From assembly GCA_000004695.1 (NCBI GenBank), contig CM000153.2:4064001-4128000 (forward strand): DNA of 64,000 nt, written 5' to 3'. Under the pieces are notes generated by a model, which was not told where the DNA came from, made no database searches, and saw only the letters and a list, made by a program, of their open reading frames with translations. This DNA is from Dictyostelium discoideum. Its lineage: Eukaryota. The translations under genes were made by a program, and so were the position numbers. Positions within the stretch are counted from its first letter, which is position 1, and every line of letters begins with the position of its first letter. Positions 1 through 13,451 of the stretch are shown piece after piece.

Positions 1-322
1 TCTCTTGAGTGAAAACAACCCATTTTTAATAGTTTTCAATATTTTTTAGAAAATATAAAAATAATTTTAAAAAAGAAATAGATAATAAATTAATTTCAAA
101 AAATAAATTTTTTGGAAGTTTGAGTTCTTAAAAATAAAATAAAAAAATAAAAAATATTTACTCTTTCTTTGTTTTTCCAGTTGCAGTTGGTTCTCTTGAG
201 TGAAAACAACCCATTTTTAATAGTTTTGAATATTTTTTAAAAAATATAAAATTAATTTTAAAAAAGAAATAGGTAATAAATTAATTTCAAAAAATAAATT
301 TTGAGTTCCTAAAAATAAAAGA
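1..322. repeat. Two copies of a ~130 bp AT-rich direct repeat (copy 1 about 1-140, copy 2 about 192-322, period ~191 bp, ~90% identical); copy 1 starts exactly at the window edge, so the array may continue upstream
   Basis: Seen directly: 'tctcttgagtgaaaacaacccatttttaatagtttt[c/g]aatatttttta...gaaatag[a/g]taataaattaatttcaaaaaataaatttt' occurs at 1 and again at 192. Confidence 0.8.
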
Positions 323-802
323 AAAAAAAAAATAAAAAATAAAAAAAATAAAAAAGATAAAAATAGAATAAAAAAAAAAAAATAAAAAAAAAATAAAAAT
401 TAAATAATTAAAAAAAAAAATAAATGGCACCACCATATAATTATAAAAAAAAAAAAATTTAAAAAAATAAGAAAATCAAATTTATTTGAAGTTCATTTTT
501 CAATATATAAATATTTGTTAAATTTAGAACGAAATAAATAGTTAGAAAATGGGTAATAATTAATCAAAAAAAAAAAGTAAAAATAAAAAATAAAAAAGAT
601 AAAAAATCAAAAAAAATAAATCAATTATAATTAAAATAATAAAAAAAAATAATAATAATAAAGTTTTATTAATAAATAATTTACCTTCTTTTTAAATTTT
701 ATAATAATTTTTTTTTTTTTAGGCTATTTTATTTAATCTTTTCAGTCAAATGTTATCTATTTTCTCCAATTTATTTTTAAACTATTATTTTTTTAAATTA
801 AT

Positions 803-3352
803 TTATTTATCTTTTTTAACTTCTTTTACAGGGGAAGGTGAAGAAGTTGCGGCTTTTTGTTGTTTTTTTAATAATTTTTGTTGTTGATTAATTTGTTTTT
901 GAGTGAGTGGTTTTGTTGATTGTTGTTGTGGTGATGTTGGTTGTTGTTGAGATGGTGTAATAATTTCTGGTATTTGTTGTTGTTGAGCTGCTTGTTGAGC
1001 TGCTTGTTGTTGTTTTTGCTGAGCTGCTTGTTGTTGTTGTTGTTTTTGTTGAACTGTATCATTTGATTTTTTGTTTGCAACTTCATCATCGTCGCTATCA
1101 TCATCTGCAGCATCACCAATTTTTCTTTGTGGTGGTACAGGTTGTTGTTGAACACGTGGTAATGGTTGAAGTTGTAATGGACGTGGATTATGAGCGAGAT
1201 TAATTGAAACATCAGTTTCAACATCACAACCTAAATAACCATCACACATGACGTAGAGTGAATAATGAGCGGTACCAATTTCAGCGGCTGAAAGGAATGG
1301 ATATTTAACGATGGTACCTGGTGTAAAGGTTTCAGTTTTACCCAATGCAACCAATTCATTCTTTTGACGATTACCCATTAAAATCCAAAAGTTTACTGGT
1401 TTATCATCAAATGTGAATGGAGAATGACATAATTCCTTTGGTGGATTAATTAATGATTTCTTTGGTACTTTCTCCCAAGCATCATCGTCATCACTATCAC
1501 TGTATTCATCGTCATCAAATTCAGAGTCATCATCAGAGTCTTCAATTTCATTACCATCTGCATCTAAAATCTTTTTCTTTTCTTTCTTTTCTTTCTTTTC
1601 TTCTTTGATTTCTTCTTCTTGTTGTTCATCTTCACTTTGATCTTTTTCTTCGGCTTTACCAGAGGAGGAAGGGGATGATTCATCTTCTTTAGCACCATCT
1701 TTAGTTTTTTTAACGGTTGTTCTTTTTCTTGCACCACCTTTCTTTTCGGCTGGAGCTAAATTTGGTTTATTTTTAGCTGCTTCTTTGGTTGCGATGGCAG
1801 CGGCGGCTTCTTCTTGCTTTTGTTTTTTAAGTGCAATTTGATCAACAAACTCAACCTCTAAAATACAAACGGAACTAGCTAAGAATGTTGGATTTTCAGA
1901 GGTGATTCTCCATTTGATACCAACTTGACAAGGAATCTTTTCGAGGATGTTTTCAATATCTTTAATCTTTGCGTCGTTGAGGGCGGTACCACCAACTTTA
2001 GTTAATAGCTCCTTTCTCTTTTCCTCAGACATAGCTTTGAATTTGGCAATGTCTTGAACGTGATTACTCTTTAATTGTTGAGCCATGAAACTATCGAGAT
2101 GTGGTAATTGTTTGAGGGATTGATCTTCCCAAGCGCTTTGCATGATACATTGTGAGAGTTTAACCAATTCTACCAAACCAACCAATTGACGTTTCTCACG
2201 AGTGACTTGAAAAGCACCAGTCAAATAATGACGATAGGTCTTTATGATTTGATTGAGGTCATCTCTGAGGGTTTGTGGCATATCTTTGATACGGCATAAA
2301 TGGGCATACAATAGAATGGTACCCTTTACAATGTATGGAGCGTTGAAACGTGCCTTCTTAACCTTGTATGCGTCGGGAATGGATTTGAAGAGATTCTTCA
2401 AGTTTTCATCATCACTCTTTCTCTCTACCAAACTTGTCTTATACTCTGTGGTTGCAGCTAAAATTTCAATCATTGACTTTAGACGAGTTGTACCATCGAT
2501 CACATGATAGTAGAGTGCTAATGATTGTTGTTCAATTTGTGCTGGTAATTTACTCTTGGTACTCTTATTCCAATAGTAAACTGCACTTGGTAATGCAACA
2601 ACCAACAATAACAAATACACTGTCAATACAATTGGTGAATTACCCTTATTAATCAACCATGATGGTAATGCAATACCAATGGACATACGTTGTGGTCCAT
2701 CTGGATTACCATAAGTTTCCCATTTCTCTCTAATTGCATCATCAGTTAATGCTTGATATGCTTTTGCAATTGACATATACATTTCCTCTGCTTCAACATT
2801 ACCTGGATTCTTATCTGGATGAAATTTCAAACTCATCTTTTTATGTGCTTTTTTAATTTCTTCTGTTGTTGCTCCCTAAAAAAAATAATAATAATAAATA
2901 ATATTAAAAAATTAATATTTAATATATATTATTATTATTTTTTTTTAAAATTATTTATATATTTAATAATAATAACTTACAGGTTCAATGCCAAGAATTG
3001 TATAAGGATTATATGGTTCTTTAGTTGGTGCTGTACTTGTTAAAACAATGTATAACAAGAAGAAAAAGAGTACCCAAAAGAATGCAATGATACCAATTTT
3101 AATTTTATTTGATGTTGATTTCATTTCTTTCTTTTCTAATTTAATTCTTTCTTCAGATTTTCTTTCACAACCTTCACATGAACAATCGAAATGTTTAGCG
3201 ATTGGTTTTGGATTGAACTTTTTCCATAACCAAATTGTTGATGGAATTAATGCAACAAATAAAAAGAATACAAGCCATTGTACAAATTCAATATCTTTAT
3301 AATCCTCAGTTGATGATGTTTCTTTTCCAAAATTTGGGTGACTATCTTTCAT
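803..3352 (-). CDS. sec63: Sec63 translocon subunit (DnaJ-domain ER membrane protein); two exons: about 3352..2983 and about 2875..803 (intron about 2982..2876, GTAAGT donor, phase 0)
   Basis: Exon 1 (ORF 2963-3352) encodes an N-terminal TM segment, a CxC..C motif, a second TM and the start of a J domain (YNPYTILGIEP). Splicing to 2875 gives GATTEEIKKAHKKMSLKFHPDKNPG (the HPD J-domain motif). It is followed by a Sec63/Brl-like region and an acidic Ser/Asp/Glu-rich C-terminal tail typical of Sec63. Confidence 0.85.
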
Positions 3353-3501
3353 TTTTTTTTTTTTTTTTTTTTTTTTTCTCTCTTTAAGAATTATTAATTT
3401 AAAAGAAAAATTGAGAAATTAAAAAAAAAAAAAATTTTTTTTTTTTTTTTAATATATATAATATTATATTATATATTGAACTGATAGAAAAATAAAATGA
3501 C

Positions 3502-3533
<32 letters not shown>

Positions 3534-3783
3534 AATAAAAATAAAAAAAAAATAAAAAAAATAAAAAAATAAAAAAAAAATAAAATTTATTTTTGATAAT
3601 AGTTGAAATTTGGGGTGTCACGATAAAAAAACAAAAGGAAAAGTCAAACAAAAATAAAAATAAAAAAAAAAATGGAATGAAACACTAATTTATAGATTTT
3701 TAAAAAAAAAAAATGGTAATCCAATTTCTTTATTTTAAAAATTTAAATAAAATAAATAAATAAATAAAAAACAAATATATTTA

Positions 3784-3817
<34 letters not shown>

Positions 3818-3972
3818 CTCTAAACTTTAAACACAAATCTGTATATTTTTTAAAAAAAAAAAAAAATGATTAATCTGATATTTTAATTTTCAAAAATTTA
3901 AATAAAATAAATAAAATAAAAAAAAAATAAAATAATAAATATATATAAGTCTTTATTTTTTTTTTTTTTTTT

Positions 3973-6792
3973 CTAAACACTTCCTTTTCTTAAATTTTTT
4001 CCAATTGTACTTTTTCTTGTTAAAATTCTATGACCACCAGCGGTATTACTACCACCACTATTATTATTATTAATTGGAGAAGAAGAAGTTGGTGATGATG
4101 ATATTGAATTATTTGATGAGATCGATCCAATCGATTCACGTTCGCCCATAATACCATCTTCCTCTTCTTTATTCCAAGAAAAGTTTTTAAATGGAGAATC
4201 TAAATTATAAACACTGGCAGCTGATGATTTTCTTCTTTGGAAATTAATTTTTGCATTTAATTCAGGATCACAACTTAGAGTTAAATTATTATTTGTTGGT
4301 TGTTGAGAATTATTATTTGAATTTGAATTTGAATTTGGTAATGAGATTTCTTTAATGGTTGGTTTGAATGGTGGTGTAATCATTTTACTTTCCAACATTC
4401 TCCAAGGTATTAACTCAAAGAATGGATGGGAAGAGATCTCTTCAAAGCCTTGGGTTGAGCCTAACCTTTTATTTGGGTCGGGTACCAATAGTTTCTCCAA
4501 TAAATCTTGTGCATCGGATGAGAGGAACATTGGCATTCTTAGATTACCTTGAATCATTGATTTATACATATCATTTCTGTTGCTTGCTAAAAATGGTGAT
4601 CTTCCAGTTAACATTTCAAACAATAATATACCAACAGACCACCAGTCCGCTGCCTTACCATGGCCTGCGCCAGTGATAATTTCCGGAGCCAAATATTCTG
4701 GTGTGCCACAAAATGTGGTTGCAAATCCACCTTCGCCACCATTTTTACTACCAACCACACTTGTGATACCAGATTTACTTAGACCGAAATCGGTCAATTT
4801 TATATGACCCTCCTCATCCAATAGAATGTTCTCGGGTTTAATATCTCTATAGATGATATTATTGGAATGTAGATAATGTAATGAACAAATCACCTCTGCT
4901 ATATAAAACTTTGCCAATTCCTCAGGGAATTTTCCAGCTTTTTGTAAATGATGGAATAATTCACCACCTGGTACATAATCCATACACATGAATAGGAAAT
5001 CCTCATTTTGGAATGCAAAATGTAATCTAACTATAAATGGATGGTCCATCGTTGACAATACCATCTTCTCTGTATTTGTATGTGCAATTTGTTTCTTTTT
5101 CAACATATCCTTCTTATTCAATACTTTCATAGCATAGAATTTACCTGTATCTTTTCTACGTACTAAATAAACTCTACCAAATGATCCAACTCCTAATACT
5201 TTTAATAGTTCAAAATCATCAATTGTTAATTTCTTTATACTTTGTTTATTCTTTTTATTTAAACTCTTTGATGATGATAAATCACGATCTGATGATGATG
5301 AAACTTCTAAATTATCAAAATTGATTGTACTTGAACAAACATCTTTTTTATCATTTGTTTGGGATGTGGTAGTTGAATTTGATTTTGTTATATTATTATT
5401 ATTACTATTATTATTTGATGGTAATGATGATGGTTGATTAATATAAGGATTATCTTTTTCTTTATTAATTTTACTACTACTATTACCACTACCACCACTA
5501 CCAATATTATTATCTTTATTTTTATCATCTTTATTATCATCTAAAACTATTTTAATATCAGCTTTTGTAATTGGTGTTGGTGTTGTTGTTGCTACAGTTT
5601 GAGTTGATTTCGAACTTTTCTTTAAAAGGAATTGTTTTTTCAATTCTTCTGCTCTAATTTTCCAAACTCTTGAACCCTCGGTTGAGTTACTATTTGGTGT
5701 ATTTGGCATTGCATTAATATGTTGCATTAATGCAGTTTGAGAATTAGAATTTGGTGTTAATGGACTTAATCCCATTGATTCACTTTCATTATTAAATTTT
5801 GATGCTTGTGATATTGGTAATGTTGGTGTTTTAAATGTTGACGTTGTTGTTGTTGTAGTTGTTAAATTACTATTATTATTATTATTATTATTATTAAATG
5901 AAATACTACTATTATTATTTGAACTATTTATAATACCACTACTATTAATTGATGATGAATAAAGACTACTATTACTTGCTGATGATGCTATTAAATTTGG
6001 TGGTGTTGAATTATTAGCATTATTATTATTACCACCACCGCCACTTGCCGATGAACTACTTGTACTGCTACCTGATAAACCTTGTGGATGATATGTTGGT
6101 GATGATATATTATTTTCACTAGTACTTTGAGATAATTGACTAATCATTCTACTACTACTTAACATTGGACTTGATCTATGTACACCAACACTCTCTGATA
6201 ATGGTGGTTGTGGAGGTGGTGATGATGACGTTGGTTGATTCGATGGATCACTAACATATAATCTTATTGGACTTGTATTTGGACTGGTGGCAGTACTATT
6301 CGAACCATTGCTACTAACACCACTTCCACCACCACCACCACCAGATGGTGATCCAACTCCTAATCTTTTAAATTCCGATATTATACTTTTGGCTTGTTCT
6401 GGTGTTTCTGCTTCAAAATGATATCGATGTAAAAATGTTAATGAAAATTTATGTGAATCAGTTGGATCTTGCTCAATACTATAAACATCTGAATTTCTAA
6501 CAAACCATTGACATGATTGTCCATTTAAATTTGAAACTCCTAATGAACTAACTGCCAATGTTCTAAAAATAATTAAATATAAATAAATTATTAATTATTT
6601 ATTATTATTATTATTATTATTATTGATTTTTTTTTTTTTTTTTTTTTACCTTTGTTGTCTTTTTCCATATGCATTTACTTTTATTACATCATATTGAGTG
6701 CAATACCTTTCTTTATGATGTGATAAATCTCTTTCTTTTTTCAAACCTGGAAACCATGAAGTTGGTGTCTTTGTTTGTTTTTTAAACGACAT
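3973..6792 (-). CDS. AGC-family Ser/Thr protein kinase (PKB/SGK/S6K-like) with a PH-like N-terminal domain and a ~450 aa low-complexity linker; exon 1 about 6792..6650, exon 2 about 6562..3973
   Basis: Kinase motifs are intact: GVGSFGRVY, AMK, YRDIKPENILL, DFGLSK, activation-loop TFCGTPEYLAPE, an AGC C-terminal turn motif and hydrophobic motif FKNFSW. Upstream exon: ATG at ~6792 encodes MSFKKQTKTPTSWFPGLKKERDL...KRQQ, with a GTAAAA donor in phase 2 joining an acceptor at ~6563 that keeps the frame (R-TLAVSSLG...). Confidence 0.8.
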
Positions 6793-8415
6793 ATTTATCT
6801 TTTATATAATTATTTATTTTATTGTACAATTTGAAATAATAAAAAAAAAAAAAAAAACTCTATTCTATATTTTTTTAATATATATAGATTGATAGAATTT
6901 AAATTTTTAAAAAAAAAATAATAATAATAATAAAAAAAAAAAAAAAAAGAAAAAAATAAAATTATAAAATTTTTAGATATATGAATTTGAAAGCTTTATA
7001 ATTAGCTGCAACAAAAAAAAAAAGTTTTGTGGGGATGTTATTTTTGTTATTCTTTTTTTTTTTTTTTTGTTGTTTATTATTTTTTTTATTATTTTTTTTT
7101 TTAGTTGTGTTATTTTTGATTTGGTGAATTCAAAAATAAATTTTGTGTGTGTTGTGTGTGATGTTATTGATGGTGAGTGTTTTTTTTTTTTTTTTTTTTT
7201 TTTTTGCGAAGGTACTGTTATATGTTTTATTTTTAAAACAAAACTTTCATAATTTAAATTCTCCTCTATTGGGTACCCCTTCAAATTGTTATTATTTTTT
7301 ATTTATTACTATAACTTTTTTTCTTTTTTTTTTTCTTTTTCTTTTATTCCAACCATTAATTTTTTGGTTTTAGATATATATCAAATTTGGAATATTTAAA
7401 TATTATTATTATTATTATGAAAAAAAAAAAAAAAAAAAAAAAAAAACTAAAACTAAAAAAAAAAAAATTGATAGGGAAAAAAAAAAAAATTGAAAATTGC
7501 AATTGGGACAAATAATAATCACACTGATGATAAGAAACAAATTAATAATAATTGGCCGACTTTCGACAATATTTAACTGGCTGGTAAAAAAAAAATTAAA
7601 AAAATTAAAATTAAATAAATTTTTTTTTTTTTTTTTTTTATTTTTTTTATTTTTTTTTTTTTTTGTTTTATAACCTTTGTAGTTTTTCGTTGAATGATGG
7701 TGTCAGAAATTGAATTAAATTTTAAAAAAGAAAAAAAAAAAAACAACACTTAATTGTGTATTTCCTTTGGGTCTTTTATTTTTTATTTCTTTTTTTTTTT
7801 TTTTTTTATCGCTTTTTCTATTCACTTTTTTTACTTTTTTTTTCCACCTTTTTTTTTCCCACATTTATCGAATTCGAAACCAATTGGTTTTGATTTTTTT
7901 CAAATCTACTTTTTTTTATCCGATCACCATATTATTGTAAATATTGATCTTTATTTTTTTTTTTTTTCGTTTTGTTTTTGATCAAATAATTCAAAGAAAA
8001 AAATTCAAACCTGCTCAAACGCCCAAAAAAAAAATATTCGATTCTGAAATCAATTATTTTATATTTCAGGGGTTTTTCTCAAAATTTTTTTTTAAAATGT
8101 TGTCGAACTTAACAAATAAAAAAAGCATATTTTATATACATATATTAAAAAATAAATAAAAATAGAAAAAATTTAAATTTCCAAAGATTCTATACTTTTT
8201 TTTTTTTTTGTGATCGATCACAGTTGAATTACGAAAATTCACATAATAATTAAAATACGATTAAATTGTGATAGTTTTTAAAAAATCCTCTCATCTCTCT
8301 TTTTTTGTTTGTTAAAAATACATCTAAAAAAATTTTAAAATAAATAAGCTACCAAAACTATAATTTGTTTTGTTGTTTTTTTTAGTTTACTATCTCCAAT
8401 AAATTTATTTTATAT

Positions 8416-9194
8416 TTAGTTTTGTTGTGGAGCTGGGGCACTACGTTCAGTTCTGTATTGACCACGACCCATACCACCACGACGATCACCACCTTGACGA
8501 CGATCACCACGGTTGAATGATGGATCGAAATCACCAGAGGCACCGGTTCTCTTGGTTTCTTCAGATCTGGTGTAGGTTGATGGACGTGAAGCTTGTTTCT
8601 TCATAGTTGCTGGGACAACAGATTCTGGGACTTGGAGATAGGTTCTTAAGTATTTGATACCTTCTTCAGTTAAGACCCAGTAGTAATATTGCCAGTTGAA
8701 AGTTTCAGTGACGAATTTTCTTGATTTGAAGGATCTTAAGATTTGTAAGACATCTAAATTTGAAACAGTTTCAATTTGTGGATGCTTAGCTAAATGGAAG
8801 TCCTTTGGGGCAACCAATACACCTTCTACATAATTCCAATAAATAATAATATAATAAAAAAACAGTTAGTTTCAATCCTTCGTTTGTAATTTTGTTTTTT
8901 CTGTTTTCTCTCTTCTCACTCTCTCACGTTATCTTTAATCCAACAATTTAATGTAACTTTGTCAACCTGTTTCTATATCCAAACATAGTCTCCCCTCTGA
9001 TTTTCTTTAATCTTGATCAAACTTTTTTTTTATCTGTAATCCTTTATCAATATCCTCTCAATCCATCATAAATTTAATGTAATCTTTGTCAATCTATTAT
9101 TAAAAAGTACTCTTATTGTGTTTTATAAAAGTTCTTTACCTTGGAATAAGTATCTGTAGATAGCAAGTTTGTTTTCAGTTGGAATGAGTGGCAT
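8416..9194 (-). CDS. rps10: 40S ribosomal protein S10e; exon 1 about 9194..9140 (MPLIPTENKLAIYRYLFQ), intron about 9139..8826, exon 2 about 8825..8416
   Basis: Exon 2 matches eS10 (KDFHLAKHP...FNWQYYYWVLTEEGIKYLRTYLQVP...RGGMGRG). The N-terminal 18 codons are found upstream with a GTAAAG donor in phase 1; the splice restores E-G-V-L-VAPKD. Confidence 0.9.
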
Positions 9195-9499
9195 TGTATT
9201 ACTTTGTCTGTTAACAAAAAGATTCGAAAAGGACTTTGAAAACCAAAAACTTTTTTTAAAAAACACCCCTCAAAAAATTTTCAAATTTTTTTTTTTTTTT
9301 TTTTAATTTTTTTTTTTTTTTTTTTTTTTTTTTACTCCAAAAATCTCATAACAAAACGCGCAGGAAAATAAAAATAAAAATAGTCTATCATTTTTTCATT
9401 TTTCATATTTTCATTTTTACATTTTTTAATAAGAAAAAAAAATAAAAATAAATATCAAACAGATTTAAACTATATTACTAAATTAGGTTAATTAAAAAA

Positions 9500-9538
<39 letters not shown>

Positions 9539-9640
9539 CCATTCCCAAAAATTTTTTGGACCTTTACAAAGAGTATTTTTAATTGGAACCGGTTTCAAAT
9601 TTTTAACTAAATTAATTTTTTCCCCTCCTTTTTAAAAAAT

Positions 9641-9690
<50 letters not shown>

Positions 9691-10133
9691 ATAAAATCTA
9701 GATATATAAATAATATCCAGATTTTATTGACAAAATAAAATAAAAAATAAAAATAAAATAAAATAAATAATTAAAACAAAAAAAAAAAAAACTAAACATA
9801 AATTGTTTTTTTAATTTTTCTTTCCTTATTAATTTATTGTTTTTATATATACATATATATATAAATTTATTATTTTAAAAAGTAAAAAAAATAAATTAAA
9901 CAATTATAATAAAAAAAAAAAAATTGTTTTTTCACCCTTTTTTTTTTTTTTTTTTTTCATTTTCATTTTCACCTTTTTTTATTAAACTTCACATACACAA
10001 TTATTAATATATATATTAGGAAAGTATATCTTCATACATGTATATATAATATTCAAACAAATAAATTTTTTTTTTTTATTTTTTTTTATTTTTTTTTATT
10101 GTTTATTATTTTTTTTTATTTTTTTAAATGTAA

Positions 10134-10941
10134 ATGTTTGATTCACATATAGAAGATTTAATAGAGAATAGAGTCATGAATGACGAAATTACAAGTAATA
10201 AATCATCACCATCATTAAGGAGTATTCAACCACAAATATCAAGGGGTTTAAAAGATTTAATTAATCATCCACTGCCTAAAAGTAATTTAAGTGATATTGG
10301 TAGTGTTGGAAGTCAAAATAGTAGTAAATCAACTACACCACAATTAAATAAAAAATCAAAAACTACTGCTGCAATAAATTCATCAATCAAATTTGCAAAT
10401 AGAAAAGATCAATCATTAAGAGAGGTAGTTGAAGAATGGAGAACTGATTTCTATCCTGATTTATCTTATGATTATTTTAATGAAAATCCAATATCATTAT
10501 CATCATCAAATAATAACAATGATTACAATTTTAATGGTAATAAAAATAATGAAAAAGAAGATGATGAAGAAGAACAAGAAGAAGAGGATGGTGATGATGA
10601 TGATGATAATGAAAACTCATCAACAGAAAATAGTGATGAAGATAGTGATGAAGATAATCAAAGTAAAGAGGAAGACAATGATAATGTAAAGAATAATAGT
10701 ACATATAATGAATATATAAATAATTTAAATAATATGAAAGATCAAAAGGTTGAACAAGTACAAGAGGAATCATTACTTGAACAAAGAGTTAAACAATGGA
10801 AGAGTGATATAAGAACCGATATTTTAGAATCATCCGAATTGTTTATGGAACATTTACCACAAAGAGTATTTGAAAAAAAAGTAATCTCTGAACTACCAAT
10901 GACACCTTCAACAAAGAAAGAACCAATACAATCACCAAATA

Positions 10942-10989
<48 letters not shown>

Positions 10990-11129
10990 GTAGTAGTAGT
11001 AGTGGTAGTAGTGGAGGGGGAGGTAAATCACAATTTGAATATTGGAGAGATAATTTTAATAAAACAATGGATGAAAAAATGAAAGAAAAGAAAAGAACAA
11101 ATAAAATTACAATAACATCTAATAAATAA
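10134..11129 (+). CDS. Hypothetical acidic low-complexity protein (Asp/Glu/Asn-rich); there may be additional exons
   Basis: 331-aa ORF with non-repetitive N- and C-terminal segments; no recognisable domain. Confidence 0.4.
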
Positions 11130-11229
11130 TAAAGTTTATTTTGATTTAATATTCTTTACAAAAAAAATAATTACATGTAACTTTTTTTATTTTTTTATAA
11201 ATTAAAATCTTTGAGATTTTATAAATTAT

Positions 11230-11631
11230 CTATCTATAATTTGGGTCTAAATAATTTGTTTCACCAGATGGATAAGAGAATTTATAATCATCATCCATGA
11301 AATAATTATCAGGATTATCGATTGCGGTCATGTGATGTGAAGAGTTATGCGAGCCAATCTCTTCATATTTCTCTTTACAATCTTCACATAAATCAACTTC
11401 ATTTATACATTCAGCACAATGCCATCTAGTTCCAATAATTGGTTCAATATCACATCCATCACATTTAAATCCAGTATGTTCAACTTTTGATTTACCAACA
11501 TGTGATGATGATGATGATGATGATTTATTTTTAATTTTTTCATCATTATCAGATCTATCGGATGATGAATCAATTCTTGATGTTGGTTGTGGTTGTTTAT
11601 TATTGTTATTATTATTATTATTATTATTATT

Positions 11632-11671
<40 letters not shown>

Positions 11672-12134
11672 GATTGTTTTTTTTTTCTTGAACCAGGAAT
11701 TCTTAAACCGGCTTTTTCCAATTTTTTAAAGAATTTTTGAGTTCTACTTGCAACTTGTTGTGGTGTTCTACCCTTAATATGAGTTGCAATCTTTGTCCAT
11801 CTATGTGAAGCTACCTCTTCTTCTGGATATTTAACTAATAGTTGTTCTAATAGTTTTTGTTCTTCTTCTGTCCAATATGTTAAATTTTCACTTTGTCTTT
11901 TAGTTAAACGATTAGTTGTAACTCTATTATTTTCACCTTCTGATATTGATAATGAATTTATTTCTGTATTGGTCGTTGTAGTAGATGAAAATGATGAAAA
12001 TTTCCTTTTATTTCTACCACCATCACCACCATTATCACTTTCAGATTCACTTTCACTTGATAGATGAGGAATTTTTAAATTTGTTGCATTTCTTGATCTT
12101 GAATTATTGTTATTATTAATATTATTATTATTAC

Positions 12135-12216
<82 letters not shown>

Positions 12217-12548
12217 GTTCTTATTATTATTATATGTTCCTAAACCAATTGAAAATTTTGGTACTTCTTCTATATTTATTTTACCTGGTAATTGTATTTT
12301 CTTTTTTTTTTTTAAAAAAAAATTTATTAATTATTATTTATTTGATTTAAAAAAAAAAAAGTGAAAAAAAAAATTCACTTACACCCCCAATTAAATTTTC
12401 AATATATTCTATTGGTGATTTTAATGCTTCATCATACGCATTTTGAATGGTTTCTTTATCTTTTAAAACTTGTTCTCTTTGTTGTTGTAAGATATCTAAA
12501 ATTTTGGTTAGTTGTTTATATTCATAAGTCTCTGTAATTGGAATATTC

Positions 12549-12550
<2 letters not shown>
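11230..12550 (-). CDS. SANT/Myb-like + ZZ-type zinc finger protein (ZZZ3/ATAC-component-like); exon 1 about 12550..12386, intron about 12385..12300, exon 2 about 12299..11230
   Basis: ZZ finger FKCDGCDIEPIIGTRWHCAECINEVDLCEDC. The same frame carries an upstream SANT domain (WTEEEQKLLEQLLVKYPEEEVASHRWTKIATHIKGRTPQQVASRTQKFF) that the ORF track does not list. Exon 1 MNIPITETYEYK...ENLIGG ends at a GTAAGT donor; the acceptor (T)nAG at ~12300 preserves the frame through a poly-Asn tract. Confidence 0.7.
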
Positions 12551-12591
<41 letters not shown>

Positions 12592-13064
12592 TTTTTTTTT
12601 TTGGGGGTTTATTTTTTTTTTAAAAAATGTTGTTACATTATCGTTAAAATGAAATGACAAATAATTATGTTTTATCAACGATTTTTAAATAGTTTTTTAA
12701 TTTTAATTTTAATAATTTTTTTTTTTTTTTTTTTTAAATTAATTTTATTTTTTTTTAAAAAGTTTTTTTTTTTTTTTTTTATTTTTTTTTTTTTATTTTT
12801 CATTTTCAAATTCAAAAAATCCGAATTGAAGTTTTATTTGTCAATTATTCAAATAATATTTTTTATTTTATATTTTTTATTTTAAGGTTCAATATATATT
12901 TAAAAATATATAAATTATCAGTTTCAAAAAAAAAAAAAAAAAAAAGAAATTGACAAAATTAATAATCTAAATAACAATTTCAGATTATTAAATAGAATTT
13001 AATTTATTATCAAATTACACCAAAAATAAAATATATTTTTTTATTATTATAAATTTCAAATAAA

Positions 13065-13451
13065 ATGTCTTATCCAAAAAGATACGGCCAAGAAAATAAT
13101 AGAGTTCTAGGTGATGCAAATAATCAATGTATTCAAAGTATTAAAATGGGTTTTTTAATGGGTGCAGGTGTTGGTGCAACATTTGGTTCATGTATCGTTT
13201 TAATTATGTTTGCCGCAAAAAAATTACCAAGAGCTATTTTAATGAAAACTCTTGGCTCAAGTGCAATGAAAATGGGTGGTATGTTTGGTTGCTTCATGGG
13301 CATTGGTGGTGCATTAAGATGTGAAGTTGATGAAACTAAAATAAATAAAAATAATAAAAACAATAATAATAATAATAATAATATCCACTCATTTTTCAAA
13401 AATAGTAATACAGAATATGATATTTCAAAATTTAATAAAACCAAATTTTAA
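13065..13451 (+). CDS. ROMO1/Mgr2-family small mitochondrial inner-membrane protein
   Basis: MGFLMGAGVGATFGSCIV...GGMFGCFMGIGGALRC matches the ROMO1/Mgr2 glycine-zipper core; Asn-rich tail. Confidence 0.6.
   Translation: MSYPKRYGQENNRVLGDANNQCIQSIKMGFLMGAGVGATFGSCIVLIMFAAKKLPRAILMKTLGSSAMKMGGMFGCFMGIGGALRCEVDETKINKNNKNNNNNNNNIHSFFKNSNTEYDISKFNKTKF

Noticed and set aside
3469-3651. Lys/Phe/Ile-rich short ORFs in AT-rich spacers (3469-3651, 6973-7373, 7754-8159, 12667-12885, 13695-14080, 34214-34456, 35043-35270, 35836-36024, 36818-37180, 37693-37935, 47435-47632, 48290-48493, 54593-55251, 57794-58094, 60733-60939, 61326-61553)
   Set aside because: They are translations of poly-A/poly-T; pure low complexity with no conserved motifs or splice context
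7480-7590. Possible box C/D snoRNA (TGATGA at ~7525 near 'ggccgactttcgac')
   Set aside because: No convincing terminal D box (CTGA) or terminal stem, so it is not supportable from sequence alone
12107-12364. Poly-Leu / poly-Val / poly-Tyr / poly-Phe ORFs (for example 12107-12364, 32815-33075, 32723-33226, 45217-45716, 49059-49454, 53310-53597, 58372-58679)
   Set aside because: They are antisense or frame-shifted translations of the (AAT)n/(CAA)n tracts of the real genes on the other strand or frame, with no independent coding signal
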